Assembly: GCF_001194135.2 (NCBI RefSeq)
Contig: NC_068984.1
Location: 77,341,943 to 77,392,251, forward strand
Length of the DNA: 50,309 nucleotides
Direction of reading: 5' to 3'
DNA from: Octopus bimaculoides
Taxonomy: Eukaryota
The translations under genes were made by a program, and so were the position numbers. Under the pieces are notes generated by a model. The model was not told the origin of the DNA, did not search any database, and saw nothing but the letters and a program-made list of their open reading frames with translations. Shown here one piece after another: positions 25,194 to 37,199 of the stretch (position 1 is its first letter; each line of letters opens with the position of its first letter).

Positions 25194-25254
25194 GATAAAA
25201 CTCCGAGTTTCGGATGCCGGGGTGGGAGCCCACGCTAACATCTCTTCAGTTATC
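25194..25254 (-). ncRNA. Type I hammerhead ribozyme-like motif
   Basis: Minus strand reads GATAA-CTGAAGA-GATGT..GTGG gctc CCAC..GCATCC-GAAA-CTC g GAG-TT/TTATC. 5-bp stem I, near-palindromic stem III, GUU site. Confidence 0.7.
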
Positions 25255-25283
25255 CGGCCATTGAAAATTCCGTCTTATATATA

Positions 25284-25515
25284 TACAAGGGTTGGACAAA
25301 ATAATGGAAACACCTTAAAATTTCAAACAAATTTATTTCAGCATGGGATATGACTGCCTTTGACAGCAATTACACCTTGAATTCCACGAGGTATGGACTC
25401 GTGCAAAGTTTGAATTGTTTCCAAAAGAATCTTTGTCCATTCTTCAACTAAAACCGTCTCCTGTTCTTCTAGTGATGATGGTGAAGGATATCGACTCCTT
25501 ACTTGTTTTTCAAAA
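25284..25515 (-). mobile_element. Tc1-family transposon 3' end with TIR
   Basis: TA + CAAGGGTTGGACAAAATAATGGAAACACC TIR. Minus strand reads EKQVRSRYPSPSSLEEQETVLVEEWTKILLETIQTLHESIPRGIQGVIAVKGSHIPC*, a Tc1 transposase C-terminus. Confidence 0.9.
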
Positions 25516-26409
25516 ATGCATCATAAATGTCTGTATGTGTGTGAATCCATTTGTGTGTTGGCCTGCGTGTGTGTATGGTTATGTATGTACGTTCCGCAGA
25601 AATCTACATTCGTATAAATTAGCAAATGCATAAATTGTATTTCTGTTCCGTCGTGGAAGCCATTTTCCAAATGAAATACTTTGTGCTTCCGATATTTTGC
25701 ACGCTCACGTGGTCGCACCAGTCTTATCCTGTCTCCACCTCCACTTCGAACTTTTCTTGGACTATTCTGCCTGGATTCTCTACCTGGACTTTCTTCTACA
25801 CTCGGACTCCAACACTCCGGCTGCACCTCTCCTACCCATGGATTACACTGGACGTTTGAACCTTTTGAACTTTTCTAAACTTTTTTGTACTTTCTGTTTT
25901 TTCCTATTGTCGTTTCAATCCGCAGTTGTTATCTTACCTCTCTCTCCCTCCCTTTCTTTTTCCTTTTTGTCTTCTCTTCTCCCTTTCTTCTCCTTTCTCT
26001 TTGTTTCTTCCTTTTTCATCCTTCTTTCTCTCCTTGTTTTTTTTTTTTTCTCTTCCCACCTCTTGCATTTTTTCTCCTCACGCCTTTTGCATTTTTTCTC
26101 CCCACACCTTTTGAATTTTCCACCTCACGCCTTTATTTGCCTTTCTCTCTCCCCCTTCTCTTTTTTCCTTTTTTTCTCCTTTTTCTCTCTTTTCTTCTCG
26201 TTTATCAATCATGCCCGATTACAAACCTTTCCTCCTCCACTTTCACCGCCACTAGAGACTCAGGGCCACTTCCATCGTCTTCATCGTGAAATTTTACACA
26301 AGAATTAGCTTTTAGTTTTTATATCCACAATGTAGTTTTTGTTCCTACAGGCGAACAGACAGGCAAACACACACACTCACACACATTTTTATTATATAGA
26401 TATATCATG

Positions 26410-26702
26410 GACTCCCCTGTCATTAGCTGACCTATGAGGGTTTGGAAATTTCTTGCTGAACAACCACACAGAGGATTTGTTTATAGTGATCAAATGTTTG
26501 CGTTCACATAGCTCACTCCCTCCACCAAGTCGACATTACCTCTACAGGTGCACCGTGTGCCACATGTCAGATGACGGAATGAGCGCAGAGCAACGAGAAA
26601 TGAAGTAGTTTGCTCGAGAGAGCACAACGCAACGCCCGGTCTGAGAATCGAAACCACGATCTCACAATCGTGAATGCGATACCCTAACCACTAAGCCACG
26701 CA
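26410..26702 (-). mobile_element. tRNA-derived SINE, family D
   Basis: Minus-strand head GTGGCTTAGTGGTTAGGGTATCGC...GTGGTTTCGATTCTCAGACCGGGCG is related to the family A/E heads, but the body differs. The left boundary is approximate. Confidence 0.7.
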
Positions 26703-26850
26703 ACACCCTAACCACACACATAAATTGAATAAATAAGAGGTTATGTTTTGAACTTCATTAGCTTACAGCTACTTTACTATAAGATGCAATTCGCTCATAG
26801 TTAAATGCTTGTATATAACCCTATAGTTTCATTGTAGTTTCAAATATTAA

Positions 26851-26881
<31 letters not shown>

Positions 26882-26891
26882 NNNNNNNNNN

Positions 26892-27375
26892 TGGCTTTTT
26901 AAACCAGACAATTTATTGAAAAGATACCCACATAGATTGCACATCCGATTTGGACCACCATGAGCTGCAGTTAAGTTCTAATCTTTGTGTAACTTAAAAT
27001 GTCGTTTGAGGCCTGCGTTAGTATTGCAGACCTTATGGCATATACGGCAATGAAAGGTGTGCACAGATATATAGGCAGAATAGTTGGTGGAGGTTCATTT
27101 TTCATGGGTCCTCAAATGATATTTGAGCCGTGCAAAAGAAAGGCATGATTAATCACAAACTGTGCACACAAAAAGTCACTGAGATTCACCTTCTCGATCG
27201 CAACATTTAAATCTCTCTTGAGTCCTGCATTTTTTATCTCTGTCTCCTCAAACGCTTTCAATCTATTCCACACTTTTGTTCGCAATCCAGCGCCATTCGA
27301 AGCAAGGGTTTCTATGGCCTTTGGATTCATTCCAAGTGACATTATGATAGTCCTTAAACCTCTTTTTAGGTTTAC
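26892..27375 (-). mobile_element. RTE-BovB-type LINE C-terminal fossil with three tandem C2H2 zinc fingers
   Basis: KPKKRFKD..SLGMNPKAIETLASNGAGLRTKVWNRLKAFEETEIKNAGLKR, then fingers CAQ/CD*SCLSFARLKYHLRTH, CRICHKVCNTNAGLKRHFKLH and CNLCGYLFNKLSGLKS(H). The third finger is cut by a gap. Confidence 0.8.
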
Positions 27376-27460
27376 ACGCACACACACACACACACACACA
27401 TGCATAATACATACATATATATGTGTGTGTGTGTATGTGTGTTTGTATACATACATACAT

Positions 27461-27839
27461 GTTGGCACTCCGTCGCTTACGACGTCGACGGTTCCAGTCG
27501 ATCCGATCAACGGAACAGCCTGCTCGTGAAATTAACGTGCAAGTGGCTGAGCACTCCACAGACACGTGTACCCTTAACGTAGTTCTCGGGGATATTCAGC
27601 GTGACACAGTGTGACAAGGCTGATCCTTTGAATTACAGGCACAACAGAAACAGGAAGTAAGAGTGAGAGAAAGTTGTGGTGGAAGAGTACAGCAGAGTTC
27701 GCCACCATCCCCTGCCGGAGCCTTATGGAGCTTTAGGTGTTTTCTCTCAATAAACACTCACAACGCCCGGTCTGGGAATCAAAACCGCGATCCTATGACC
27801 GCGAGTCCGCTGCCCTAACCACTGGGCCGTTGCGCCTCC
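27461..27839 (-). mobile_element. SINE family A, inserted in (ACAT)n
   Basis: Near-identical to 903-1296; flanked on both sides by ACAT repeats. Confidence 0.92.
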
Positions 27840-27861
27840 ACTACATACATACATACATACA

Positions 27862-27892
<31 letters not shown>

Positions 27893-29206
27893 TCATAAAC
27901 AACTCGGGAACACAAATATGTACCGTCGTGTGTATGAATAAAAAGATGGAAAGAGATACGAGTGTTTCCTATAATATTCCCGATGACAGACAATATATTA
28001 TGCACTAGAATCTGATTCTATAGTAGAGAGAGAGGCTGCAACGCCATCTTCCCTTTCGACTATGAGATATATACGTCTGATAAGATATATTAGACATTGG
28101 TTACATATTTGGAGGCACTAATCTCTTGCTAGACTATTGGTGTGAGATTGAATAGAATTTTTGTGAAGAAGAAATCGAATATTTAAATTATTGTGTGTTA
28201 ATTCATAATTCAGTAAAGAAGAAATACTTTTCTGAAATCAGCAAATTTATCATTGTTTGCTTTATTGAGAATATTTTTCTTTTAATTTAATAGTTTTAAT
28301 TTAATAGTTTCTCGGTATCCACGCAGGTATATGTGCCTACTTTGACGTATGCGCTTTGTGACACTTTCGAGTTGTTTTTTGTCGATGTGTGTGTGTGTTT
28401 ATTATATCTAATAAATGTCTGAAGATTACCCTCAAGATATCAAAAACTCAATTACGCATTTGGAAGTTTCAATTTCTAATAGACACACCCACACCAACGC
28501 ACTCGCATCATTAGATTTCTTATTGTGGTGTACCCTTCTATACAAATAAATATTTGTAAACAAATACATATGTATACTTAAATATGTTTGTGTGTGCGTG
28601 TGTGTGTGTGTGTGTGTGTATGTGTGTGTGTGTGTGTGTGTGTGTCTTTAAAAATATTTATTTTTATAGAAGGTACACCACAGTAAAAATATATGTTGTC
28701 TGTGTGATTTGTAGTATAATATCGCTACCATTCTATTTAAGATGTTCGTGTACACTCAAGCATAGAAAGACCGCTGCTAAAGCTGTATCGAGTGAAAAAT
28801 TCTACTTAGAGACAATGTATGTAATAAAATACATCTAGGCTATGAAACACGTGTTTCTACTTTGTTACACCTCATCAGCTACGGGTATCGAATCTGTCGA
28901 TCACAGATAATTGCCGTTCTTACAGTTAAACTGCAAATAAAATGTTTGCTGTTGTATTTAAAGATTTATCTGACTGGAATTAATTTATTAAAGGAACACT
29001 AAGCAGTGATGATTGAAAAGCCAGCTGTGTACAATTATATCTAACGCATTTGTGTATAGAATCAAACGCAAAAAGAACTCTGCTGCGGAAACTGACATGA
29101 GAGAGAAAATCTTACAGGCAATGCATGTGAAAACACACCACTAGAGCGTGACCAGTGGAGGCCCAAATATTCTGACATAGAAACAGAATGACAGAGGAAT
29201 CTTGTT

Positions 29207-29310
29207 TACCGTAATCCCTCGACTATCGCGGGTGTCACGTTCCGAAACCCGTCGCGATAGGTGAAAATCCGCGAATTAGAAACAGTACTGTATTGTATAT
29301 TTTTTTAATT
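29207..29310 (+). mobile_element. Tigger/pogo-like MITE end
   Basis: TA-CCGTAATCCCTCGACTATCGCGGGTGTCACGTTCCGAAACCCGTCGCGATAGGTGAAAATCCGCGAA has the pogo/Tigger CAGTA-type terminus and an internal hairpin. Only one end was seen. Confidence 0.7.
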
Positions 29311-29329
29311 ATTTTTATAATCTGTATAT

Positions 29330-29741
29330 TACTCTTTACTCTTTTACTTGTTTCAGTTATTCGACTGCGGCCATGCTGGAGCACCGCCTTTAGTCGAGCA
29401 AATCGACCCCAGGACTTATTCTTTGTAAGCCTAGTACTTATTCTATCTGTCTCTTTTGCCGAACCGCTAAGTGACGGGGACGTAAACACACCAGCATCGG
29501 TTGTCAAGCGATGTTGGTGGGACAAACACAGACACACAAACATATACACACACATACATATATATATACATATATACGACGGTCTTCTTTCAGTTTCCGT
29601 CTACCAAATCCACTCACTAGGCTATGATCGGCCCGAGTGGATAGTAGAAATCACTTGCCCAAGGTGCCACGCAGTGGGACTGAACTCAGAACCATGTGGT
29701 TGGTAAGCAAGCTACTTACCACACAGCCACTCCTGCACCTA
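29330..29741 (-). mobile_element. SINE family B, full length, with internal (CA/TA)n
   Basis: tRNA head (AGGAGTGGCTGTGTGGTAAG...GGTTCAGTCCC), CTTGGGCAAGTG core, internal microsatellite, 3' GCTCCAGCATGGCCGCAG and (GAGTAAAA) tail. Confidence 0.92.
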
Positions 29742-30014
29742 TTTATTTTATCATAAATGCAAAACAACACCACGGAGAAATCGACGTAAGCTTAAACAAT
29801 AAACCGCAATAGGTGAACAGACTTAGGTGAACCGCAATATGGCGAGAGATTACTGTATATCCTTTATGCAGATTAGTCGAGAAAAGCCGAACAATGAAAG
29901 CCACACACAATACGAGAATTTCTTTACAAAAGATCCGTGTCATTTCTGGTTTTCAGAAACAAAGATAAACTTTTTTACCCTACTTGACAAAAATCTATCC
30001 TAAGATATCTTCTA

Positions 30015-30213
30015 TATTCTATTTGATTCAGTCATTAGACTTCAGCCATGCTGGGGCACTGACTTCAAGAATTTCCTATTGATTCTATCGATGTCGCTAC
30101 TGAACTTCTAAGTTACGGAGACGTTAGCCCACCAACAACGGTTGTCAATCGGTGGTAAGAGACAAAAGACAAGCACAGACTCAAAGGCACACACACAAAC
30201 GAACACGAACACG

Positions 30214-30258
<45 letters not shown>

Positions 30259-30415
30259 ACACACACACATATATGTACGTATCTATGTATAAACGACGGG
30301 CTTCTTTCTGTTTCCGTTTGCCACATCCACTCACAAGGCTTTGGTTGGCTCGAGGCTATAGAAATTACTTTTCCAAAGTGTCACGCAGTAGGACTGAACA
30401 CGGAACCATACAATT
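30015..30415 (-). mobile_element. SINE family B, older diverged copy
   Basis: Collinear with the neighbouring family B copies but with more substitutions. Confidence 0.75.
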
Positions 30416-30419
30416 ACAT

Positions 30420-30840
30420 ACTCTTTTACTCTTTTATTTGTTTCAGTCATTTGATTGCGGCCATGCTGGAGCACCACATTTAGTCGAGTAAATCGACCCC
30501 AGGACTTATTCTTTGTAAGCCTAGTACTTATTTTATCGGTTCCTTTTGTAACCGCTAAGTTACGGGGACGTAAACACACCAGTATCGGTTGTCAAGCGAT
30601 GTTGGGGGACAAACACACACACACAAACACACGCACACACACACACACACATATATATACATATACATATATACGACGGGCTTCTTTCAGTTCCCGTCAA
30701 CCAAATCCACTCACAAGGCTTTGGTCGGCCCGAGGCTATAGAAGAAGACACTTTCCCAAGGTGCCACGCCGTGGGACTGAACCCGGAACTATGTGGTTGG
30801 TTAGCAAGCTACTTACCACACAGCCACTCCTGTGCCTATA
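30420..30840 (-). mobile_element. SINE family B, full length
   Basis: Near-identical to 29330-29741. Confidence 0.92.
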
Positions 30841-32719
30841 TAGTTCCTTAAATATGCGTAAATTTGTGTATATGAATGAGTGTCTAAGCTTCTAATTTCT
30901 ATAATACCAGCTGGTGATGTATAAGATATTGTGTTTAGGATATTTTATTTACTACACTCTAGAGGATAAAGCAAACTCATGACCATCTCTGGCTGGAATC
31001 GAACTCAGTATATAAAGGGCTTATAGTTAGATACCTCCAGACATTTAGACTATCACGTCAGTGCTGTATTCCGTTAATTCTTCAGACTTTGGATAGTTAA
31101 ATGATATTAATAACACGTGTTCGAATTTTATTTTGTATACAGCTAAAACTTCAAATTACTTTTCAAAGGTATGTCGTTTATTAATATTTCATTTAATTAA
31201 GTTTATTTATTTAATATTTATTAAAGAATTTCTGTGTATGCAACGTAAAAGTAATCAGTTAAAAAAGATATTGCGTGAAAACAGTTAGGCAACCAAAATA
31301 ATTCTTTCGAATACGTACGTATACACATAAGTTTCTGTACGTCAGAATGTGTGAGCGAGAGTGCGTGTGTGGTTTATACATACATACACATATCTGTATA
31401 CATAGACGCATCGAGCAATATATNNNNNNNNNNNNNNNNNNNNNNNNNNNNNNNNNNNNNNNNNNNNNNNNNNNNNNNNNNNNNNNNNNNNNNNNNNNNN
31501 NNNNNNNNNNNNNNNNNNNNNNNNNNNNNNNNNNNNNNNNNNNNNNNNNNNNNNNNNNNNNNNNNNNNNNNNNNNNNNNNNNNNNNNNNNNNNNNNNNNN
31601 NNNNNNNNNNNNNNNNNNNNNNNNNNNNNNNNNNNNNNNNNNNNNNNNNNNNNNNNNNNNNNNNNNNNNNNNNNNNNNNNNNNNNNNNNNNNNNNNNNNN
31701 NNNNNNNNNNNNNNNNNNNNNNNNNNNNNNNNNNNNNNNNNNNNNNNNNNNNNNNNNNNNNNNNNNNNNNNNNNNNNNNNNNNNNNNNNNNNNNNNNNNN
31801 NNNNNNNNNNNNNNNNNNNNNNNNNNNNNNNNNNNNNNNNNNNNNNNNNNNNNNNNNNNNNNNNNNNNNNNNNNNNNNNNNNNNNNNNNNNNNNNNNNNN
31901 NNNNNNNNNNNNNNNNNNNNNNNNNNNNNNNNNNNNNNNNNNNNNNNNNNNNNNNNNNNNNNNNNNNNNNNNNNNNNNNNNNNNNNNNNNNNNNATATAT
32001 ACTAGCAGTTAAGCCCGGTTTCACCCGGTCTGTTTGGACGATGTGGCTGTGATCGTTTTCGTTGAGGCATAATCCATAACAGCGTTTCTCAACCTTATCA
32101 TTTCCGGTCCCCTGTTTCTATTGGAGCCTCTAGCTGTATGAGAATTTCCTGACTCCCCACCCCTTATCAGAAAACAGCTTCAGGAGTTGTGAAGAACGAA
32201 TTTGTACGTTGTCTGTTTCTGAGAGCTATTCTATTGGATCTCTACCTAATCATTAAAACATTGATTTAATTATGAACATAGAAAGAAATTATACATTAAT
32301 CCCTATTTTTGTAAGCAGTTATGTCCATAAAACATTTTATTTGCAGAGAGCAGAAATTGAAAGAAGATATATAAAATGGCCGTGTGTGTGTGTGTGTGTG
32401 TGGTGTGTGTATGTGTGTGTGGTATGTGTACGTGTGTGTGGTGTGTGTATGTGTGTGCGTGTGTGTGTCTCTGCGTGTGTGTGTGCGTGCTTGCGAGTAT
32501 GTATGTGAGAGAAAAAGAGGGTGAGAAAGAGAGATAGAGTGAGTTATTGAAGGTGTGTGTCGTTATGATTGACGTCTTTTATGGTACACGCACATACATA
32601 GAAAATGTGAGGTCATCGTATAAAATTTTTACGATAGTTGATTTATGGAAAAGATTATGTTAAATTTTTGAAATGCAAATATGTGAATAAAACTTAAGTT
32701 CAGACCTCTACATGGTAGC

Positions 32720-32775
32720 TAGACCTGATAGAAATAGTAGCCAAATCTCCCTCAAAACACCCTACTGTCGTAATC
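32720..32775. repeat. Copy of a dispersed short repeat (GCTAGAAATAGCAGCCAAATCT-type)
   Basis: Similar blocks at about 6040, 6195, 12376 (reverse), 14090 (reverse) and 37921. Class unassigned. Confidence 0.5.
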
Positions 32776-33289
32776 CGACAATTCTGCCTATTATGTAGTT
32801 TGAATGAGAAATTGTAACTAAAGATTAAGATTATTAACCCCACAAAGAGGTGAAAGAAGAGAGGGAGCATAGCGAAAGCTTTGGCTCACTGTCATCCTTG
32901 TTGCTAGCGAAATGGTATATGCCGGCTGTGTGAGCAACTGGTTGTTTTAATTGCGGAAGAAACAGGGGAATTCCATTAGAAAAGTTTTAATCGATTTTCA
33001 CGGTAACTATATGGGCTAGGAAAAAAATACAAACCGCATTCAAATTTATGGATCCGTCTCCATATGTGTGCTATTTTTCACGCGAATCCACCCAGCTGTT
33101 TGGCTCTGAACCTCAAGACAAGAAAGAATACAACGATCGCCCATGTCCAATTTATATTATAGAATATATCAAGTTAAAGTGATACATACACAGACACATG
33201 TATGGTGAATTTATCATTTCTCAATTTCATGCGTATATAAGTACATATAAACATACACACGTATGTATATATATTTGTATATATTTATT

Positions 33290-33321
<32 letters not shown>

Positions 33322-33380
33322 CATGCATGTATGTATTTCTCAGTATGCATGTTTGCACGAATGTGTGCATGTGCACTAAT

Positions 33381-33419
<39 letters not shown>

Positions 33420-33476
33420 GTAGTAATTTTGTGTGTATATCTAGCCATCCATCTATCTATCTATATATTTATCTAT

Positions 33477-33524
<48 letters not shown>

Positions 33525-33526
<2 letters not shown>

Positions 33527-33658
33527 TGCCGGAGTCAACTTTGCCGGTCATTCTTTCAGAGTCAATGAAATAAATACCAGTTGAACACTGGGGTCAATGT
33601 AATTGACTATCCCCCTCCCTCGAATTTTGCTGGCATTGTGCCAAAATTTGAAACCATT
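33525..33658 (+). mobile_element. SINE family C, 3' half
   Basis: GAGTCAACTTTG...GAGTCAATGAAATAAATACCAGTTGAACACTGGGGTCAATG...GGCATTGTGCCAAAATTTGAAACCATTA. Confidence 0.7.
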
Positions 33659-33659
33659 A

Positions 33660-35032
33660 ATTTTACTATTATTAATATTGTTGTTATTCCTTCGTAACAC
33701 AGTGTAGGTAAAAATGCACCGGAGTCTTTAGTCATCTGTCAAATCACAACAAGGACTTCAGACAGATAATACTTTCCTTACGACGTGTGCTGTGCCCAAT
33801 AAGGCTGCTTTTTGCAAGACAACAATCTTGCATGGGATTTCCTGTTGCCTTAAGAAGTTTTGAGGTTTCAATAGGATTGAGCCCAATACTCCGATCACCC
33901 TTGGTATCAATTCTACATTACCCTCTCGCATTCCATACAGTCTTGACATTTTCGCTTTCAATTCGGAGCCCTTAGGGATTTTTTTCAACCTCTTTACTCA
34001 CAAAATTTATGTCATTTGGTATGGTTACATCAATGAGCTGACAGTTTTTGTCTCTCTTATTCAATATGACGGTGTTCGATTACACGATCCGTCTGAAAAT
34101 CATAGTCACAGAGTATCGTTACTTTTCCGTCTTCCTGCATAACTTTACTTGGTACATGCTCATACCAGTTCTCTGTTACTTCATATTGGTATTTACGGCA
34201 TAAGAACCAATGAAGATACACAAACACTTTATCGTGGCAACGCTTGTATTCTTTTTGTGCAAGGCTCTCACATCTACTTATCAAGTGGGTCACATTTTCC
34301 ACACTCTTTCCAGAGAGTCTGCATTGCTAGATGTCAGAAGTTTTATAGATGTTATACTTCACTGAATTGATAGCGAGAGCCTGTTCTTGTGCAGCAATGA
34401 TCAGGCTTTCGGTGGTATGCTTCAAATCACCTCGCTTAAGCTATTCCCACGATACTGTATTAATCTTAACGTCTTGTGTATTCCTTTCAAATTGTCCATG
34501 CATTCTCATTTTAAGAAGATCTTCTTTTCTTTTCTCCTCAGCTCCTTGGTTAAACTCTTCCTTCCCCATCATTAAATCTGCATTTACACCCATATCTTTC
34601 GCGGCATATTGCAGCAGGTCTTCATGACTAATTATCAAATATTAGGCAAGCGTTCTACTTTCACTCCTTATACAATGGTCTATACTAATTAGTCCTCTGC
34701 CACCATTCTTTCTTTTCATATACAGTCTGTCTACGTTTGCTTTAGGGTGTAGCGCCCCATGCAGCATCATCAACTTTCTCGTCCTTCTATCCAGTGCTGA
34801 TATTTCCTCCTTAGTCCATTTGAGGATGAACACCCTATATCCGACAACCGCAACTGCCCAGATAGTCATTGCGGTAATCAAATTTTGGGCATTCCGGTTG
34901 GATTTCAACACCATCTTCACCCATTTTTGATACGCCACGCTGACCTTGACTTTCATTTCTCTGTGTAGAATGTCATCCAGCGCCAAAATCCCTAAACATC
35001 TACACCCACTACCACATTTTTCCTGAAGGAGG
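33660..35032 (-). mobile_element. R4/Dong-clade LINE 3' half (RT thumb, CCHC finger, RLE)
   Basis: KWTKEEISALDRRTRKLMMLHGALHPKANVDRLYMKRKNGGRGLISI; MHGQF; ESLIIAAQEQAL; ENVTHLISRC..LAQKEYKRCHDKV..YLHW; VTIL.DYDFQTDRVIEHR; QKAALLGTAHVVRKVLSV* (33758). Upstream part lost at a gap. Confidence 0.93.
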
Positions 35033-35589
35033 NNNNNNNNNNNNNNNNNNNNNNNNNNNNNNNNNNNNNNNNNNNNNNNNNNNNNNNNNNNNNNNNNNNN
35101 NNNNNNNNNNNNNNNNNNNNNNNNNNNNNNNNNNNNNNNNNNNNNNNNNNNNNNNNNNNNNNNNNNNNNNNNNNNNNNNNNNNNNNNNNNNNNNNNNNNN
35201 NNNNNNNNNNNNNNNNNNNNNNNNNNNNNNNNNNNNNNNNNNNNNNNNNNNNNNNNNNNNNNNNNNNNNNNNNNNNNNNNNNNNNNNNNNNNNNNNNNNN
35301 NNNNNNNNNNNNNNNNNNNNNNNNNNNNNNNNNNNNNNNNNNNNNNNNNNNNNNNNNNNNNNNNNNNNNNNNNNNNNNNNNNNNNNNNNNNNNNNNNNNN
35401 NNNNNNNNNNNNNNNNNNNNNNNNNNNNNNNNNNNNNNNNNNNNNNNNNNNNNNNNNNNNNNNNNNNNNNNNNNNNNNNNNNNNNNNNNNNNNNNNNNNN
35501 NNNNNNNNNNNNNNNNNNNNNNNNNATATATATATATGTATATATGTATGTATGTATGTATGTATGCATGCATGCATGTAGGTATTTAT

Positions 35590-35812
35590 GTATGCGTATT
35601 TGTGTCTGTGTTTGTCCCGCCACCACCATTGCTTGACAACCGATGTTAGTGTGTTTGCGTCCCTGTAACTTAGCTGTCCAGCAGAAGAGACTGATAGAAT
35701 AAGCACCAGGCTTACAAGGAATAAGTCAAGGGGTCAATTTCTTCGACCAAAGGGTGGTGCTCCAGCATGGCCACCATCAAATGACTGAAACAAGTAAAAG
35801 AATAAAAGAATA
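35590..35812 (+). mobile_element. SINE family B, 3' half
   Basis: Matches the family B body and tail; 5' part lost at the microsatellite/gap. Confidence 0.8.
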
Positions 35813-35977
35813 CCAGAAAAACGTCCCGTACCACTAAACCAAGAAGGTTCTTTGAATATGTACGATGTATTTTAAGGTTAAATAGTAATTCCGTTTACGT
35901 TTGTGTAACTGAGATATTTTGGTTGGATTGGTGTTACATTAATTTCTATATTCTGTAACTGTCACAATATACTTTTC

Positions 35978-36118
35978 TAGGCCTGAAATTTTTGTGGGGA
36001 GGGGGCCTGTTGATTAGATCGACCCAGTACACAACTAGTACTTAATTTATCGACTCCGAAACTACAAAATACAAAGTCGACCTCGGCAAAATTTGAACTC
36101 AAGACGTAAAGACAGACA
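35978..36118 (-). mobile_element. SINE family C fragment
   Basis: AGGCCTGAAATTTT..GGGGAGGGG..ATCGACCCAGTAC..AAAGTCGACCTCGGC core. Confidence 0.7.
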
Positions 36119-36214
36119 CTCATAACATACAAACATTTCTCATAGCACCAGTACACCTGTTTACAGATGCTTACATTTTTTATGTTTTCAGTGAATTTTT
36201 CACGGGTCCAGCTA

Positions 36215-36261
<47 letters not shown>

Positions 36262-36262
<1 letters not shown>

Positions 36263-36996
36263 ATGTTGTTGTTGTTATTTTTTTCTTCTTTCTTCAAATT
36301 TTCTTCCATTTCTTGCCGAGTGTTTTCCGTATGCCTAGGGCAGAGAAGCTCATTATATGCATTCCCAGTTTACACACGCAAATTCACAGGTAAAATAGGT
36401 ATTTAAAAAAAATTAATAAATAAATAAATTCATGAATGGATGTTGTTTTCACAGCGGTAATGTTCTTCTAAGTACATGAGTTGTTCCAGTTAACGATTGT
36501 TTGCACTTCCTGTAGAGATGGTAAGCCTGGTATCATTTTCAATTAGGTTTCAGTACCTTTTTTATCATTCCTAGAGATCCTACAATCACTGGCACGGTAG
36601 TCGCCTTGAGATGCCACATTTTTTCAATTTCTATTAGCAAGTCTTTATATTTACTGATCTTGTTAAATTCTTTCGCCGCTATATTATGATCGCAAGGAAT
36701 ACTCATGTCAATTAATAGACACATCTTTTTGTCTGATCTTTCATAATAATATCCGGTTTATTAGCTTTTGTAGTTTTGTAGGTATGTACGTGGAAGTCCC
36801 AGAGAATCGACACATTTTCTCCCTCATTCACAGCTTCAGGATGGTGTTTATACCATTTGTCAGCGGATTTGATCTTATAATGCCGACATATTGTCCAATG
36901 TAAATACTGGCCGACTCTGTCATGTCTTGCTTTATATTCTACAGGTGCTGAGACTCTACACTCTGAGATTGGGTGGTCTATAGTTTCAATCTTATC
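36262..36996 (-). mobile_element. R4/Dong-clade LINE 3' end, second lineage (related to the 20060 copy)
   Basis: ETIDHPISEC..APVEYKARHDRVGQYLHWTICRHY..W..H.PEAV..ILWDFHVHT..KANKPDII..CLLIDMSIPCDHNIAAKEFNKISKYKDLLIEIEKMWHLKATTVPVIVGSLGMIKK (stop ~36449). The 3'UTR shares CTCGGCAAG with the 20 kb copy. Confidence 0.92.
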
Positions 36997-37009
36997 ATTA
37001 TTATTATTA

Positions 37010-37070
<61 letters not shown>

Positions 37071-37142
37071 CATTATTATTATTACCATAATCATCATCAT
37101 CATCATTATTATTATTGTTATTATTATTATTATTATTGTTAT

Positions 37143-37199
<57 letters not shown>

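Noticed and set aside
31999-32035. ACTAGCAGTTAAGCCCGGTTTCACCCGGTC, reminiscent of a Helitron/HINE terminus
   Set aside because: Too short, adjacent to a gap, and no matching other end was identified.
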